Below are positions 19,310-28,002 of a stretch of DNA of 31,546 nucleotides, piece by piece. The translations under genes were made by a program, and so were the position numbers. Where the stretch lies: contig JBIJBE010000040.1 of NCBI GenBank assembly GCA_044345405.1, forward strand, positions 1-31,546. Direction: 5' to 3'. Each line of letters begins with the position of its first letter. Within the stretch, counting starts at the first letter, position 1. This stretch comes from Bdellovibrionota bacterium (GTDB taxonomy: Bacteria; Bdellovibrionota_C; UBA2361; OMII01). The notes under the pieces were generated by a model. That model was given only the letters and a program-made list of their open reading frames with translations, ran no database searches and was not told the origin of the DNA.

Positions 19310-19885
19310 CTAGTCATCATTACTATCACCCCTTCCTCCAGATCCGCCGCAGCGATCGGAAGCCTCGATCTTTTTAGCGATATTGACATTTGAGGCGTCG
19401 ACGTATGCCTCTACTTTCACGCATGCTCCGGCTACTAGCCCTGCTTTTGAGGAGATGCCGCGTCGGAAGAACGTCGAGTTGGTAACCACAAACGTCTTGC
19501 CGCCGACAACGAGAGATGGATCATCAAAAGACGTTACGGACCCTCGGATTTCCACCTCGCCTTGCTTATCTCCGTCTTTCTCGTAGCCGTCATTTCGATC
19601 GTCGATACCATCATCATCTGAATCCGCGTCGCAGACGTTACTACCGCGCACGCGCTCGAAAAGGTCACTCACGCCATCCGCATCTGAATCGACCCCCAGG
19701 GAGGCGAGCGCAGTCTTGAGTTTCTCTCGGTCGGCGGCGCTGAGGCTCGAGATGGCTTTAGCGAGCTTGAGCTCTGACTTTCGGAGATTCTTCGCTGACG
19801 AGAGTGTTGACCGATAGCTGGGAGTCGCTTCGGCGCTCATAGCGAAAAAGGATGTGACAAGTAGCGCGGTGATGAGATGTTTCAT
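19310..19885 (-). CDS. Secreted protein with Asp-rich Ca-binding-like repeats and a DUF5666-like domain
   Basis: Signal peptide; DSDADGVSD and DADSDDDGIDD repeats; EIRGSVTS...LVVGG.TF.V...T.F...L.AG..VKVE...AKKIE pattern. Confidence 0.78.
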   Translation of the reverse strand: MKHLITALLVTSFFAMSAEATPSYRSTLSSAKNLRKSELKLAKAISSLSAADREKLKTALASLGVDSDADGVSDLFERVRGSNVCDADSDDDGIDDRNDGYEKDGDKQGEVEIRGSVTSFDDPSLVVGGKTFVVTNSTFFRRGISSKAGLVAGACVKVEAYVDASNVNIAKKIEASDRCGGSGGRGDSNDD

Positions 19886-19931
19886 GAGGTGTGGCTCCGT
19901 AATACTTAGACCTCACCTAGGATAAAGCACG

Positions 19932-19947
19932 CGCATGGGCAGTGCCA
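19932..19947 (-). promoter_or_regulatory. Putative sigma-54 promoter
   Basis: The minus strand reads TGGCAC-TGCCC-ATGCG, with exact GG-N10-GC spacing, about 47 nt upstream of the ATG at 19885. Confidence 0.5.
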
Positions 19948-19982
19948 CAAAAGTTTTGAGGTTTGTAATAGCTCGAATATAT

Positions 19983-20675
19983 TCAGAAATGTAGGATTGC
20001 TAGTGCCGCGATTGCGCTGACCCACCGTTCGTCGCTCCCAAATCGCTTGGCATGCTCTCCCAGATACCCTATTTCATATCGCGCGACCCCGACCTGCCAG
20101 TAAGGTCCAACAAAGAAGCGGTTTCGATCGTACCCGCTCCACGGGCCTCCCTCGATGGAGTTGAGGTTCACCATGAACTCGTCGAAAGCTGTGATTCCAA
20201 AGTTATTCTCGTCGTTGAGGGGGAGACTTCCTCGAAGCATGTAACGAGTACGGTTTGAGACGCCATTAGTATGTTCAATCCATCGCTGCTCTTGTCGTAT
20301 CCGATGTTGCCACGTGATATCCCAAAGGTCGTGCGTATACAGCAGTTGTTGCCACAGCCGCTGCTCATCTCGGTAGCTCCGATAATAGTTGGAGTCGTAG
20401 AAGGTCGGAAACCACGCGTAGCCACCGAACAGTGAAAGGTTTGAGGTCGCGTTATAGACAAGCGCTGCTCTGGTGAGAACTGAAGCCATGCGTTGCCAGT
20501 TGTCTCCTAGTCGGGGCTGTAATTCGAGAAAGAGTTGATACCTCTTTGTTTCCTCAAGTGACACGAACGCTATCGTGGAGTCCCAGACCTCGAAGTCGTG
20601 GGGTGTGGCACAACTGAGACGGTTCGTGATTGCGGTAAGCAGGAGTAGGGTAATGAGCCGAAGGCGGGAGGGCAT
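19983..20675 (-). CDS. DUF2490-like outer-membrane beta-barrel protein
   Basis: Signal peptide; EQRLWQQ, HRIRQEQRW, RTRYMLR, DEFMVNLN, YDRNRFFVG and EIGY; ends in Phe. Confidence 0.85.
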   Translation of the reverse strand: MPSRLRLITLLLLTAITNRLSCATPHDFEVWDSTIAFVSLEETKRYQLFLELQPRLGDNWQRMASVLTRAALVYNATSNLSLFGGYAWFPTFYDSNYYRSYRDEQRLWQQLLYTHDLWDITWQHRIRQEQRWIEHTNGVSNRTRYMLRGSLPLNDENNFGITAFDEFMVNLNSIEGGPWSGYDRNRFFVGPYWQVGVARYEIGYLGEHAKRFGSDERWVSAIAALAILHF

Positions 20676-20763
20676 CTTCGGGTTTTACATGAGGGGCTGG
20701 CTCCTCGTGGATGACGCTGGCGACGTCCCCGGCGAGTTTAGGAGGGTTGGCGCCTTGGAATCA

Positions 20764-21549
20764 TTATCCTCTTGAGGCCGTGGTAAGGTATCCCTTCGAA
20801 CGGACGTAGGTAAGCGTCTTCGCGAAGAACGTTCCCGTGACGCAAAGCCATACAAGCGTTAGTAGGAACGACGCTCCCATCTCCCTCCATGGAACGCCGC
20901 CAACGCGAAGAACCTCACGCATCCCCTCAAAGATATGAGTGCATGGAAAAATTTGGGCGAAGGTCTGAAGGTACGGCGGAAGCGCCGATACTGGATAAAA
21001 TACGGCGACGAACGGTTGAATGAGGAATGGCACGATCCACGCGAGCGACTCGGCCGCCTCTCCGTATCGTAAGATGAGGCCGGAGGTAAAGAGCCCAACG
21101 GTCCACCCGAAAAAGAGGAGAAGTCCGAAAAGGGGAACGAGAGAGAGCCCAAGGTCCATCATATTGAAGGCGTACAGGGTGTAGGCGCAGATCCCGAGTC
21201 CCGTTGCCGTAATGGTGGCTCGGATGAAGCCGACGATAGCGGTGGATATAATCAGTTCGTGTGGCCGAATCGGTGAGACGAAGAGGTTGAGTGTGTTACC
21301 AACCCACATCTCTTGCAGGACCGACATTCCAACCGCCTGTTGCGCTCTAAAAAAGATATCCCAGAGGACGATTCCTCCGAGCATAAAGAGTACGGTCTTC
21401 GATTGCGTGACCTGTTCGAGGTACAGAGTCACAAATCCCCACACGAGGAGATCCATGAGAGGGAAAAAGATAAGCTCCGCGATTCGTATAAACGAACGCT
21501 TGTAGATAAACATGTAGCGCAAGACCATCGCGACGATTCGTGAAATCAT
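20764..21549 (-). CDS. ABC-2 type transporter permease
   Basis: Six TM helices; NLFVSPI and VFYPVSALP..LQ...P.THIFEGMR. Overlaps the ATPase gene by 4 nt. Confidence 0.92.
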   Translation of the reverse strand: MISRIVAMVLRYMFIYKRSFIRIAELIFFPLMDLLVWGFVTLYLEQVTQSKTVLFMLGGIVLWDIFFRAQQAVGMSVLQEMWVGNTLNLFVSPIRPHELIISTAIVGFIRATITATGLGICAYTLYAFNMMDLGLSLVPLFGLLLFFGWTVGLFTSGLILRYGEAAESLAWIVPFLIQPFVAVFYPVSALPPYLQTFAQIFPCTHIFEGMREVLRVGGVPWREMGASFLLTLVWLCVTGTFFAKTLTYVRSKGYLTTASRG

Positions 21550-22301
21550 CCCTCCTCCTTCTCATCGCTGTCGCGTAGCTCTCCATCTCGAGCGATCGTG
21601 ACGAAGACCTCCTCAAGGCTCTTAAGCTTCGAGCGTTCCCGGATCTCGGTCGGCGTTCCAGTCGTAACGATCGAGCCGCGCGCGAGGAAGATAGCCCTGT
21701 CGCACAACTCCTCGACCTCTTGCATGTAATGCGAGGTGTAAATGATCGTGGTGCCGTAGGTCCGTCGCAGCTTCTTCAAAAGCTCTCGGACTTTAATCGC
21801 GATGTCGGGGTCGAGGCTCGCGGTAGGCTCATCGAGGAAGAGCACCTCGGGCTTGTTAAGCAGCGCTTTGCAGATATTGAGACGGGTTTTTTGCCCCGCG
21901 GAGAGCGTGCCGATGAGGCTCTTACCGGGCAGGTCTACTTCAAGTTCTGAAAGAACTTCGCGAGCACGTTGGGTCGGATTCTCGACGCCGTACAGCTTGG
22001 CGTACACGTAGAGGCTCTCATCGATGGTGAGATTACCGGGGAGCGAAACGTATGCGGAGGCGAAATTAACCCGCTGGAGAATCGCGTAGCGATCCCGGGG
22101 CATATCGAGCCCAAGGATGGAGATGTTGCCCTCATCGTGCGAGGTGAGGCCAAGTAGCATGTGAATCGTGGTCGTCTTGCCAGCGCCGTTGGGTCCAAGA
22201 AGTCCGAGGATCTCTCCACGTTCAGCGGCGAACGAGATTCCTTTTACCGCGGGCGTTGCTCCGAATCTCTTCCAGAGGTTGTTGACGATAAGTGAGTGCA
22301 T
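21546..22301 (-). CDS. ABC transporter ATP-binding protein (ABC-2/NodI-like)
   Basis: GPNGAGKTT, LSAGQK, FLDEPTASLD and TSHYM. Confidence 0.95.
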   Translation of the reverse strand: MHSLIVNNLWKRFGATPAVKGISFAAERGEILGLLGPNGAGKTTTIHMLLGLTSHDEGNISILGLDMPRDRYAILQRVNFASAYVSLPGNLTIDESLYVYAKLYGVENPTQRAREVLSELEVDLPGKSLIGTLSAGQKTRLNICKALLNKPEVLFLDEPTASLDPDIAIKVRELLKKLRRTYGTTIIYTSHYMQEVEELCDRAIFLARGSIVTTGTPTEIRERSKLKSLEEVFVTIARDGELRDSDEKEEG

Positions 22302-22409
22302 AGGGGGAGGAGGCAGTTTCCATCGAAACGCTTGGTAAGTCCAGAAGAAGACCTCCGGACAACGTAAGGGGGTCGGCCCTTAAGGAAGAGAGCCCCCTGG
22401 GATGTGTGT

Positions 22410-23159
22410 TTAACGACTTTCCCACAACGCCATCCACTCTCCGAACACCTCCAAGGCGCGTTCTTGAGAGGTGAATGGCTCAGGACCATCAGGATCGAAG
22501 TGCGAGATCGTATTCTTGGTGATGGTGATAGATTCCGTCGGACGAGAGTCGAAGGGACGTGGGAAGGGAATCATCTCCAGGATGAAGCGTTGCTTCGGTT
22601 CTTGGAAGGTGATGAGGAGGTGGCGAACGACCTTGCCCGAGTCGTTGGTGATCGCGCGCTCAATGTGCTTGGTCGCGGTAGGTGATTGAAGGAGCGCGTC
22701 AACGGCGGCCCACGCCTTCACGACTTGGTTCTCGTCCTTCGTATGTGAAACCGCCTCCCCCCGAACCAATAACGGCTTGGGGGTAAGTTCCTCTCGAACA
22801 GAAAGCGCCACGTCGTTTGAGATCTTATGGATTTTCCCGGTGCGATAGGCCCTTCGTATCGCGTTGGTGAGGTGTATGAGCGCGGCATCCCCTTGTCCGA
22901 GCTTTTCGTGGAAGGGGCCGAGTGGAGTGTCAGGTGAAAGCTTCCATGAGTCTGTCGTTGCGGAGAGAAGAAATCGTCGTGTGTTCTTAGAGGTGAGCCC
23001 TTCGAGCGCAATCGTTTTTTCGTTCAGTGGAATAATTCGTAGTGAGCCGGTTTTGAGGGAAATCTCGCACGTTTCAAATCGCGATATGGCCATCTGGCCG
23101 TGGTTGTACAGCACCGCGGTAGGTGATTCAGTTAGATGTGGTAATCCCCATGCTTCCAT
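22410..23159 (-). CDS. Hypothetical protein
   Basis: Long open frame filling the gap. Start is probably ATG 23159 or 23093, since the track start at 23384 overlaps the next gene. No family recognised. Confidence 0.65.
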   Translation of the reverse strand: MEAWGLPHLTESPTAVLYNHGQMAISRFETCEISLKTGSLRIIPLNEKTIALEGLTSKNTRRFLLSATTDSWKLSPDTPLGPFHEKLGQGDAALIHLTNAIRRAYRTGKIHKISNDVALSVREELTPKPLLVRGEAVSHTKDENQVVKAWAAVDALLQSPTATKHIERAITNDSGKVVRHLLITFQEPKQRFILEMIPFPRPFDSRPTESITITKNTISHFDPDGPEPFTSQERALEVFGEWMALWESR

Positions 23160-23295
23160 ATTTCCCCGCCTATGTTCCCCTACATAGGATGAGAAGAGCA
23201 CTGGAAGAAAAAAACCAGGTTCGATGAAGCGAATGAAGTGTCGTGAGACAGTCCATATGCTTATCAAAAACCTCTTCTCATCGTGTAGTTGTGGG

Positions 23296-23772
23296 TTAGC
23301 GCTTGAAGATGCCGTTAATAAGATCAGTCGCGACCTTACCACCAGCAGCTCCCGCACCCATACCCAACGCCTCTTTGCCCACATTACGACCAGTCACGGC
23401 GCCCAAAATCGCACCCTGAGCAGCACCGCCGGCACCAGTGACAAGAGTGTCACCGACATATTTTCCGACGGCATTGCCTTGGGGCTGGGCAGCCTGCTGG
23501 ACGTAGACCACCTGAGGCTGTTGCACCACCGGCGCCGCCATAACGGGCGCGGGGGCAACGACGACAGGAGCGGGCTTCGCCACAGGTTGGAGCACAACCT
23601 GATAACGATTACCGGCACCGTCTTCAACAAATCCACCGAGGGGCACCATGGTGCCGCTCTGGATCTGTTGCGCCTCGGCAGTGACCGTCAAGAGAACCAC
23701 CAGGGTGGCGCTCTTGATGATGTTGGAAATGCTCATCGCGGAGGCGATGAACGAATTTTTGATGATGTTCAT
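23296..23772 (-). CDS. Secreted glycine-zipper protein
   Basis: Signal-like segment ending AEA-Q, a Pro/Val/Gln-rich linker and a C-terminal GAGGAAQGAILGAVTG...GMGAGAAGG glycine zipper. Start uncertain (ATG 23772 chosen). Confidence 0.72.
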   Translation of the reverse strand: MNIIKNSFIASAMSISNIIKSATLVVLLTVTAEAQQIQSGTMVPLGGFVEDGAGNRYQVVLQPVAKPAPVVVAPAPVMAAPVVQQPQVVYVQQAAQPQGNAVGKYVGDTLVTGAGGAAQGAILGAVTGRNVGKEALGMGAGAAGGKVATDLINGIFKR

Positions 23773-23867
23773 GTTTGTATTGTCGTGACCAGAGGAATCG
23801 AACGCTCTCCGTTTGCTGTTAACCACTCAGTTAACGGCTCGTAGAGTTAATCCGATTCCAAAATTTG

Positions 23868-23922
23868 ATTCTTCTGGTCCCACAACTGACCGACCTAAGA
23901 TCCGCTGTAGGACCAGAAGAAT
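23868..23922. repeat. 13-bp perfect inverted repeat in a divergent intergenic region
   Basis: ATTCTTCTGGTCC (23868-23880) / GGACCAGAAGAAT (23910-23922). Confidence 0.7.
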
Positions 23923-24290
23923 GGCACCACACAATCATGACCGTGAAGTTCGCCGAGGCGATCCTTCACAAACCATACTTCTTCCAGTGCTATTTCTCGC
24001 TCGTGAGGCGCGTAGCCCTCATCAGCGAGAAATAGACACGTTGTTCTTCTACCCTAACCAGTGATGTATCTCAGAACGGGTGTATCGAGGGAGAACCCCG
24101 CATTTCACCGCTTCGCATAGGTGTTATCCGTCTTTTTGGGTTCAATGCTTCATCTAAAATAGACATGATTGAAAATGCCAATAAAACCAAGTTGTTAGGA
24201 ATTGCTTCCGGTTCGTTTTTTCGGGGTCGTTGAAGGGGTAAGGGGATTATCCCTCGTTGGCTCTGCCCACCACCTGGTACACTGCAAGCA

Positions 24291-25910
24291 GTGCAAACCA
24301 TTCGCTTTCTCCTCGCCCACCTCTCGACCTTCCGGCGCATGTTCTGGACTCTCCTCCTCGTGGGCGCGCTTGATGGGATCTCAACCTTCTCGGTTCCCAT
24401 CCTCCTCGCTGAATGTACAAAGCCACCGATCACTATCGACCTCCTCCACCGCCTCGTTCCCATCATCGCGACCTGTCTCACCCTCTCGCTCTTCTTTCAG
24501 TGGTGCTTGCGATCGTGGGGAGAGAGCCTCACGGGATGGTTTGGCAACGAACTACGCGTCAAACTCTTTGAGCGCGCGGAGCGACTCAGTATCGACGCGC
24601 TCTCGGCGTATCATTCTGGCTATATAGCTTCCTTAATCAATCAGGTGGCGAGCTCCGTCGGCACCCTGTCCTCAACGATCGTGTGGCTTCTTGGACATCT
24701 CTTCACGGTGCTCGCTCTCTTTATGATCTTCACCGCGCGGGAATCAGCTGAGATGGCGATGGTGAATTTTGGCATCTTCGCGGTGTTCGTTGGTGTTGGA
24801 GTAGTGCTCGCTCGAAAGATCGTTCCGCTCGCCGATGATAAGAACAAAACGCAAGCTGTTGTGATGGAGCGCTTTATCGATCTTCTCACCAATATCTCAA
24901 CGGTGAAGAAGCTCGGTATCATCTCTTGGGCTGACAAAAAACTTCGCGCCGACTCAGCACTCAGTGATGCCTCGATTTTTCGGTTTCAACGATTTCACGC
25001 CAATCGTTGGAGCCTGCTCCACGGGATTTTCTATGCCGCTTTCATTACGACCCTCGCATTCCTTCTCGGTGGCGTTGGTGCCGGAACTATCTCCGCCTCC
25101 ATCCTTATCCTGTTCGTCGCCGGTTTCGGTCGAGTGCAAAACCTCGCGGAACGGCTGTCGGAGCTTATTAAATCGCTTCTTGAGACGAACGCGTATGTGG
25201 CTAAGCTCGACGAGGTGCTACGCAAGGAGCGCGCATTCGGAGAGCGACCAGCTGGCGAGATGCGAGAGATAGTGTGTTCCTCGGTCGTTCACCGTCACGG
25301 TGACCGTTCGCGGGAGATCATGATTCCATCATTTTCTCTGAAGGCGGGAGAGCGAGTGTTGATAACTGGAGCTTCGGGACAGGGAAAGAGCACCTTTCTA
25401 AGCATCTTGGCGAATCATCGCGAGCCAGGCGAGGGCCGATGCCTTTGGAACGGAACGCCGTACGGTGAGTTTGACGAATCGCTCACGCACTCGTTCGCGG
25501 TGGTATCCCAGGAGGCGGAGCTCTTTAATCTCTCGCTGCGCGAGAACCTCACGATGGACGGGAGGATCTCGGATGAGGAGGTCTTTAAACTCCTCCATGA
25601 ACTTGGGTTGGGTGACCTTCTTCACTCACTCCCCGAGGGGCTCGATACCAAGGTAGGGGAGAAGGGTATGCGTCTCTCTTCGGGGCAGAAGCAGCGAATC
25701 AATATCGCGCGCTCCCTTCTTCTTAAACGTCCCATCCTCCTGCTCGACGAACCCACCTCGCATCTTGATAAGGGAAGCGAGGAGCTTGTGGTGCAATGCC
25801 TCAAGCGACTCCCCCGTGATGTCACGCTCGTGATCGTCTCTCACCACGGAGCTCTTACGTCGCTGTGCGATAGAGCGTGCGTTTTTACACACGGCCGCCT
25901 TGAGGGGTGA
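24291..25910 (+). CDS. ABC exporter, fused permease and ATP-binding domains
   Basis: N-terminal TM domain; GASGQGKST, VSQE, LSSGQKQR, LLLDEPTSHLD and VSHH. Confidence 0.93.
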   Translation: MQTIRFLLAHLSTFRRMFWTLLLVGALDGISTFSVPILLAECTKPPITIDLLHRLVPIIATCLTLSLFFQWCLRSWGESLTGWFGNELRVKLFERAERLSIDALSAYHSGYIASLINQVASSVGTLSSTIVWLLGHLFTVLALFMIFTARESAEMAMVNFGIFAVFVGVGVVLARKIVPLADDKNKTQAVVMERFIDLLTNISTVKKLGIISWADKKLRADSALSDASIFRFQRFHANRWSLLHGIFYAAFITTLAFLLGGVGAGTISASILILFVAGFGRVQNLAERLSELIKSLLETNAYVAKLDEVLRKERAFGERPAGEMREIVCSSVVHRHGDRSREIMIPSFSLKAGERVLITGASGQGKSTFLSILANHREPGEGRCLWNGTPYGEFDESLTHSFAVVSQEAELFNLSLRENLTMDGRISDEEVFKLLHELGLGDLLHSLPEGLDTKVGEKGMRLSSGQKQRINIARSLLLKRPILLLDEPTSHLDKGSEELVVQCLKRLPRDVTLVIVSHHGALTSLCDRACVFTHGRLEG

Positions 25911-25940
25911 ACGGAGGTGTCTGGTGCGTCGTTATCCTCA

Positions 25941-26061
25941 CAAACGCGTTCGTGCGTCACCCTCTTGGGCGAATCGTGATGCGCGGCCTATGCCCAGGTA
26001 GAGACGTTTTGCGAACGGTATCGTTGGTCTGGCGATGGCCCGCTCTCTCCGGCACCGTTGA
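25941..26061 (+). pseudogene. Probable decayed 3' end of a paralog of the 28003-29886 gene
   Basis: Collinear short matches to 29765-29918: CAAAyGC, GGCGA..TGATGCGC, TTGGTC, GCCCG and CGTTGAGGCT. The last frame reads ANGIVGLAMARSL, against VNAYIGRALARKL in the intact gene. Confidence 0.42.
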
Positions 26062-26310
26062 GGCTTGTTGATGTGTAGGGCCCGACTCCTGGCTAGAACG
26101 ATCAATAGACTGGCCTCAGCACTCACCGGAAGGGCTCTGTCCCCAGAGTCCGCTTATGCAATTACATAGCGAATTGGATCGCGATAATCGGTGCGTTATG
26201 CAATCTCGGTTGCCGCGCCGGCTCGTCGGGAGACGAGCCCTCCGGGAGAGGATAATCTGCATAGTATTGTGGGACCAACTTCAAGCCCCTCCACGCCAAA
26301 CGGCCCGTAA
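26057..26310 (+). repeat. Structured non-coding repeat, copy A
   Basis: Aligns by eye with 30187-30439 over its whole length, and from 26140 onward with 27687-27854. Confidence 0.9.
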
Positions 26311-26334
26311 TTGGCACGCTGTCCTCTCTCGCTG

Positions 26335-27537
26335 CTAGTCCAAAAAGTCGAAGTTGAGGGGGCTTCTCATGAGCCAGCCTTCTGCCACGACAGTGCCGAC
26401 GAGTGATGGGGAGTTCAGCGTTGTGGCAGATATGACCGCTCCTGTTTTCCAATCGGGCTCGGCGAAGCGTTCGCGTGACAGAAGATCTCGCTGATTCGGA
26501 AAACCGAGTTTCACCTCAATAGGGGTTACACCGCGGGATGTGCTGACTATAAAATCAACCTCATCTCCGTCCCGTGTTCGCCAGAAATGTATCTCGACAG
26601 GACGTGTTCGGTTGAGGCAGTGGCGCACAATTCCGCCGAGCATGTGGGTCTCGAAAGCAGCTCCGCCGAGTGGGCCATGCAGTAGGCTTTCAACGGAGTT
26701 CCAGCCTCCAAGGTATGCGGCGAGCCCCATGTCCAAAAAATAGAGCTTGGGGCTCTTGATGAGTCGTTTCGTTCGATTCGAATGGAGAGGATGAACGAGC
26801 TTTATGATGAAGCTATCCTCAAGGACTGAAAGCCACCCCTTGATAGTTGACGCGGAGACTCCAACATCTCTGGCAAAGTCGTCGTAGTTCACAATCTGTC
26901 CGGTGCGAAGGGCGCACATCTTAAGAAACACCTCAAACTCCCGGCGCTTCTGAACGCCGAGAAGTGCTTGAATGTCCCGCTCTACGTATGTTTGGAGGTA
27001 GCTGTTAAGAAAAAGCGCTCGTTGATCGAGGTCGCGGATCGAGAAGAGACGAGGAAAGGATGTTTCTAAAATGCTTTCGAAGAGCGATTGCGCGTTATCG
27101 GCGTGGAGTTGCTTCTCTTCATCGCTGAGTCCCAGCAGATGTATGATTCCGACCCGTCCGGCCAGGGACTCCCTCACTCCCCGCATCACGTCGAAGTTTT
27201 GTGAGCCTGTCAGCCAGACACTTCCAGGCTCGCCACCCTGATCGATGAGAAGTTTCAGGTGGCTCAAGACCTGGGGGGCGTACTGAATCTCATCAATGAG
27301 TACCGGCAGCTTGATGCTCTGGGTGAACAGTTCGGGAGACTCAGTGGCTCGACGACGAGTTGGGAGGTCGTCGAGTGAGATGTACTGACGGCCTGAGGAA
27401 CTACAGTGCTTGAGAAGGGAGGTTTTTCCTACCTGGCGTGGTCCAAGGAGTAACCAAATCGGAAAGAGATCGAGTGATGATGGCGATACGAGGGGAGTCT
27501 CTAAAGTCCTTGTAATCCAGTCACTTGGCATTTCCAT
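26335..27537 (-). CDS. AAA_14 ATPase with DUF4143 / PD-(D/E)XK-like C-terminus
   Basis: GPRQVGKT, LIDEIQ, LTGS, ESLAGR, TYVERDI, KSPKLYFLDMGL and FWRTRDGDEVDF...PIEVK. Confidence 0.93.
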   Translation of the reverse strand: MEMPSDWITRTLETPLVSPSSLDLFPIWLLLGPRQVGKTSLLKHCSSSGRQYISLDDLPTRRRATESPELFTQSIKLPVLIDEIQYAPQVLSHLKLLIDQGGEPGSVWLTGSQNFDVMRGVRESLAGRVGIIHLLGLSDEEKQLHADNAQSLFESILETSFPRLFSIRDLDQRALFLNSYLQTYVERDIQALLGVQKRREFEVFLKMCALRTGQIVNYDDFARDVGVSASTIKGWLSVLEDSFIIKLVHPLHSNRTKRLIKSPKLYFLDMGLAAYLGGWNSVESLLHGPLGGAAFETHMLGGIVRHCLNRTRPVEIHFWRTRDGDEVDFIVSTSRGVTPIEVKLGFPNQRDLLSRERFAEPDWKTGAVISATTLNSPSLVGTVVAEGWLMRSPLNFDFLD

Positions 27538-27556
27538 AGTCTACTATGGAAATGCC
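27527..27556. promoter_or_regulatory. Perfect palindrome over the AAA_14 start codon (candidate operator)
   Basis: GGCATTTCCATAGT-ct-ACTATGGAAATGCC, 14-bp arms. Confidence 0.65.
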
Positions 27557-27686
27557 GGGCAATCAAGAGGTAAACGTTAAGCTCCCCACCTGATTGACTC
27601 ACTACTCATCCCCCACACACAAGCGACCGAGCAATCGTACGCGCTACGAATAGAGCGAGAGTCTTTAAGAACATACATGGTGCCTC

Positions 27687-28002
27687 TCCCCAGAGTCCGC
27701 TTATGCAAGTACATGACGAATTGGATCGCGATAATCGGTGCGTTATGCAATCTCGGTCGCCGCGCCGGCTCGTCAGGAGACGAGCCCTCCGGGTGGATGC
27801 TCACCATGGTGTTGTAGCCACAACCTCAAGCCCCTACACGCTAAATGCCCATAAACATCCTTCGTCCAGTAGGGTCTAAATAGACGCAATCTGTATGTAT
27901 CAGAGGAATGCCGCTTGGCGGACGTAGCTTAGCGCCTGGCTATCGTTACACTACTACTGTGGCTGTCAGCCGCGCAAAGAAACGGAGACGGTGGAGAGAC
28001 CT
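27687..28002 (+). repeat. Structured non-coding repeat, copy B (5'-truncated), plus conserved leader of paralog 1
   Basis: TCCCCAGAGTCCGCTTATGCAA...GGCTCGTCAGGAGACGAGCC is shared with copies A and C. 27851-28002 is highly similar to 30436-30587. Confidence 0.9.

Noticed and set aside
23819-23834. CtrA-type TTAA-N7-TTAA site
   Set aside because: The spacing is N8, and nothing indicates an alphaproteobacterium.
24166-24186. Fur-box-like ATGATTGAAAATGCCAATAA upstream of the ABC exporter
   Set aside because: Only one half-site resembles the consensus, and there is no dyad symmetry.
26011-26061. GIVGLAMARSL as a fragment of an FAD-binding oxidoreductase
   Set aside because: No preceding GxG motif and an in-frame stop just upstream. 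It is better explained as a remnant of the paralog tail.
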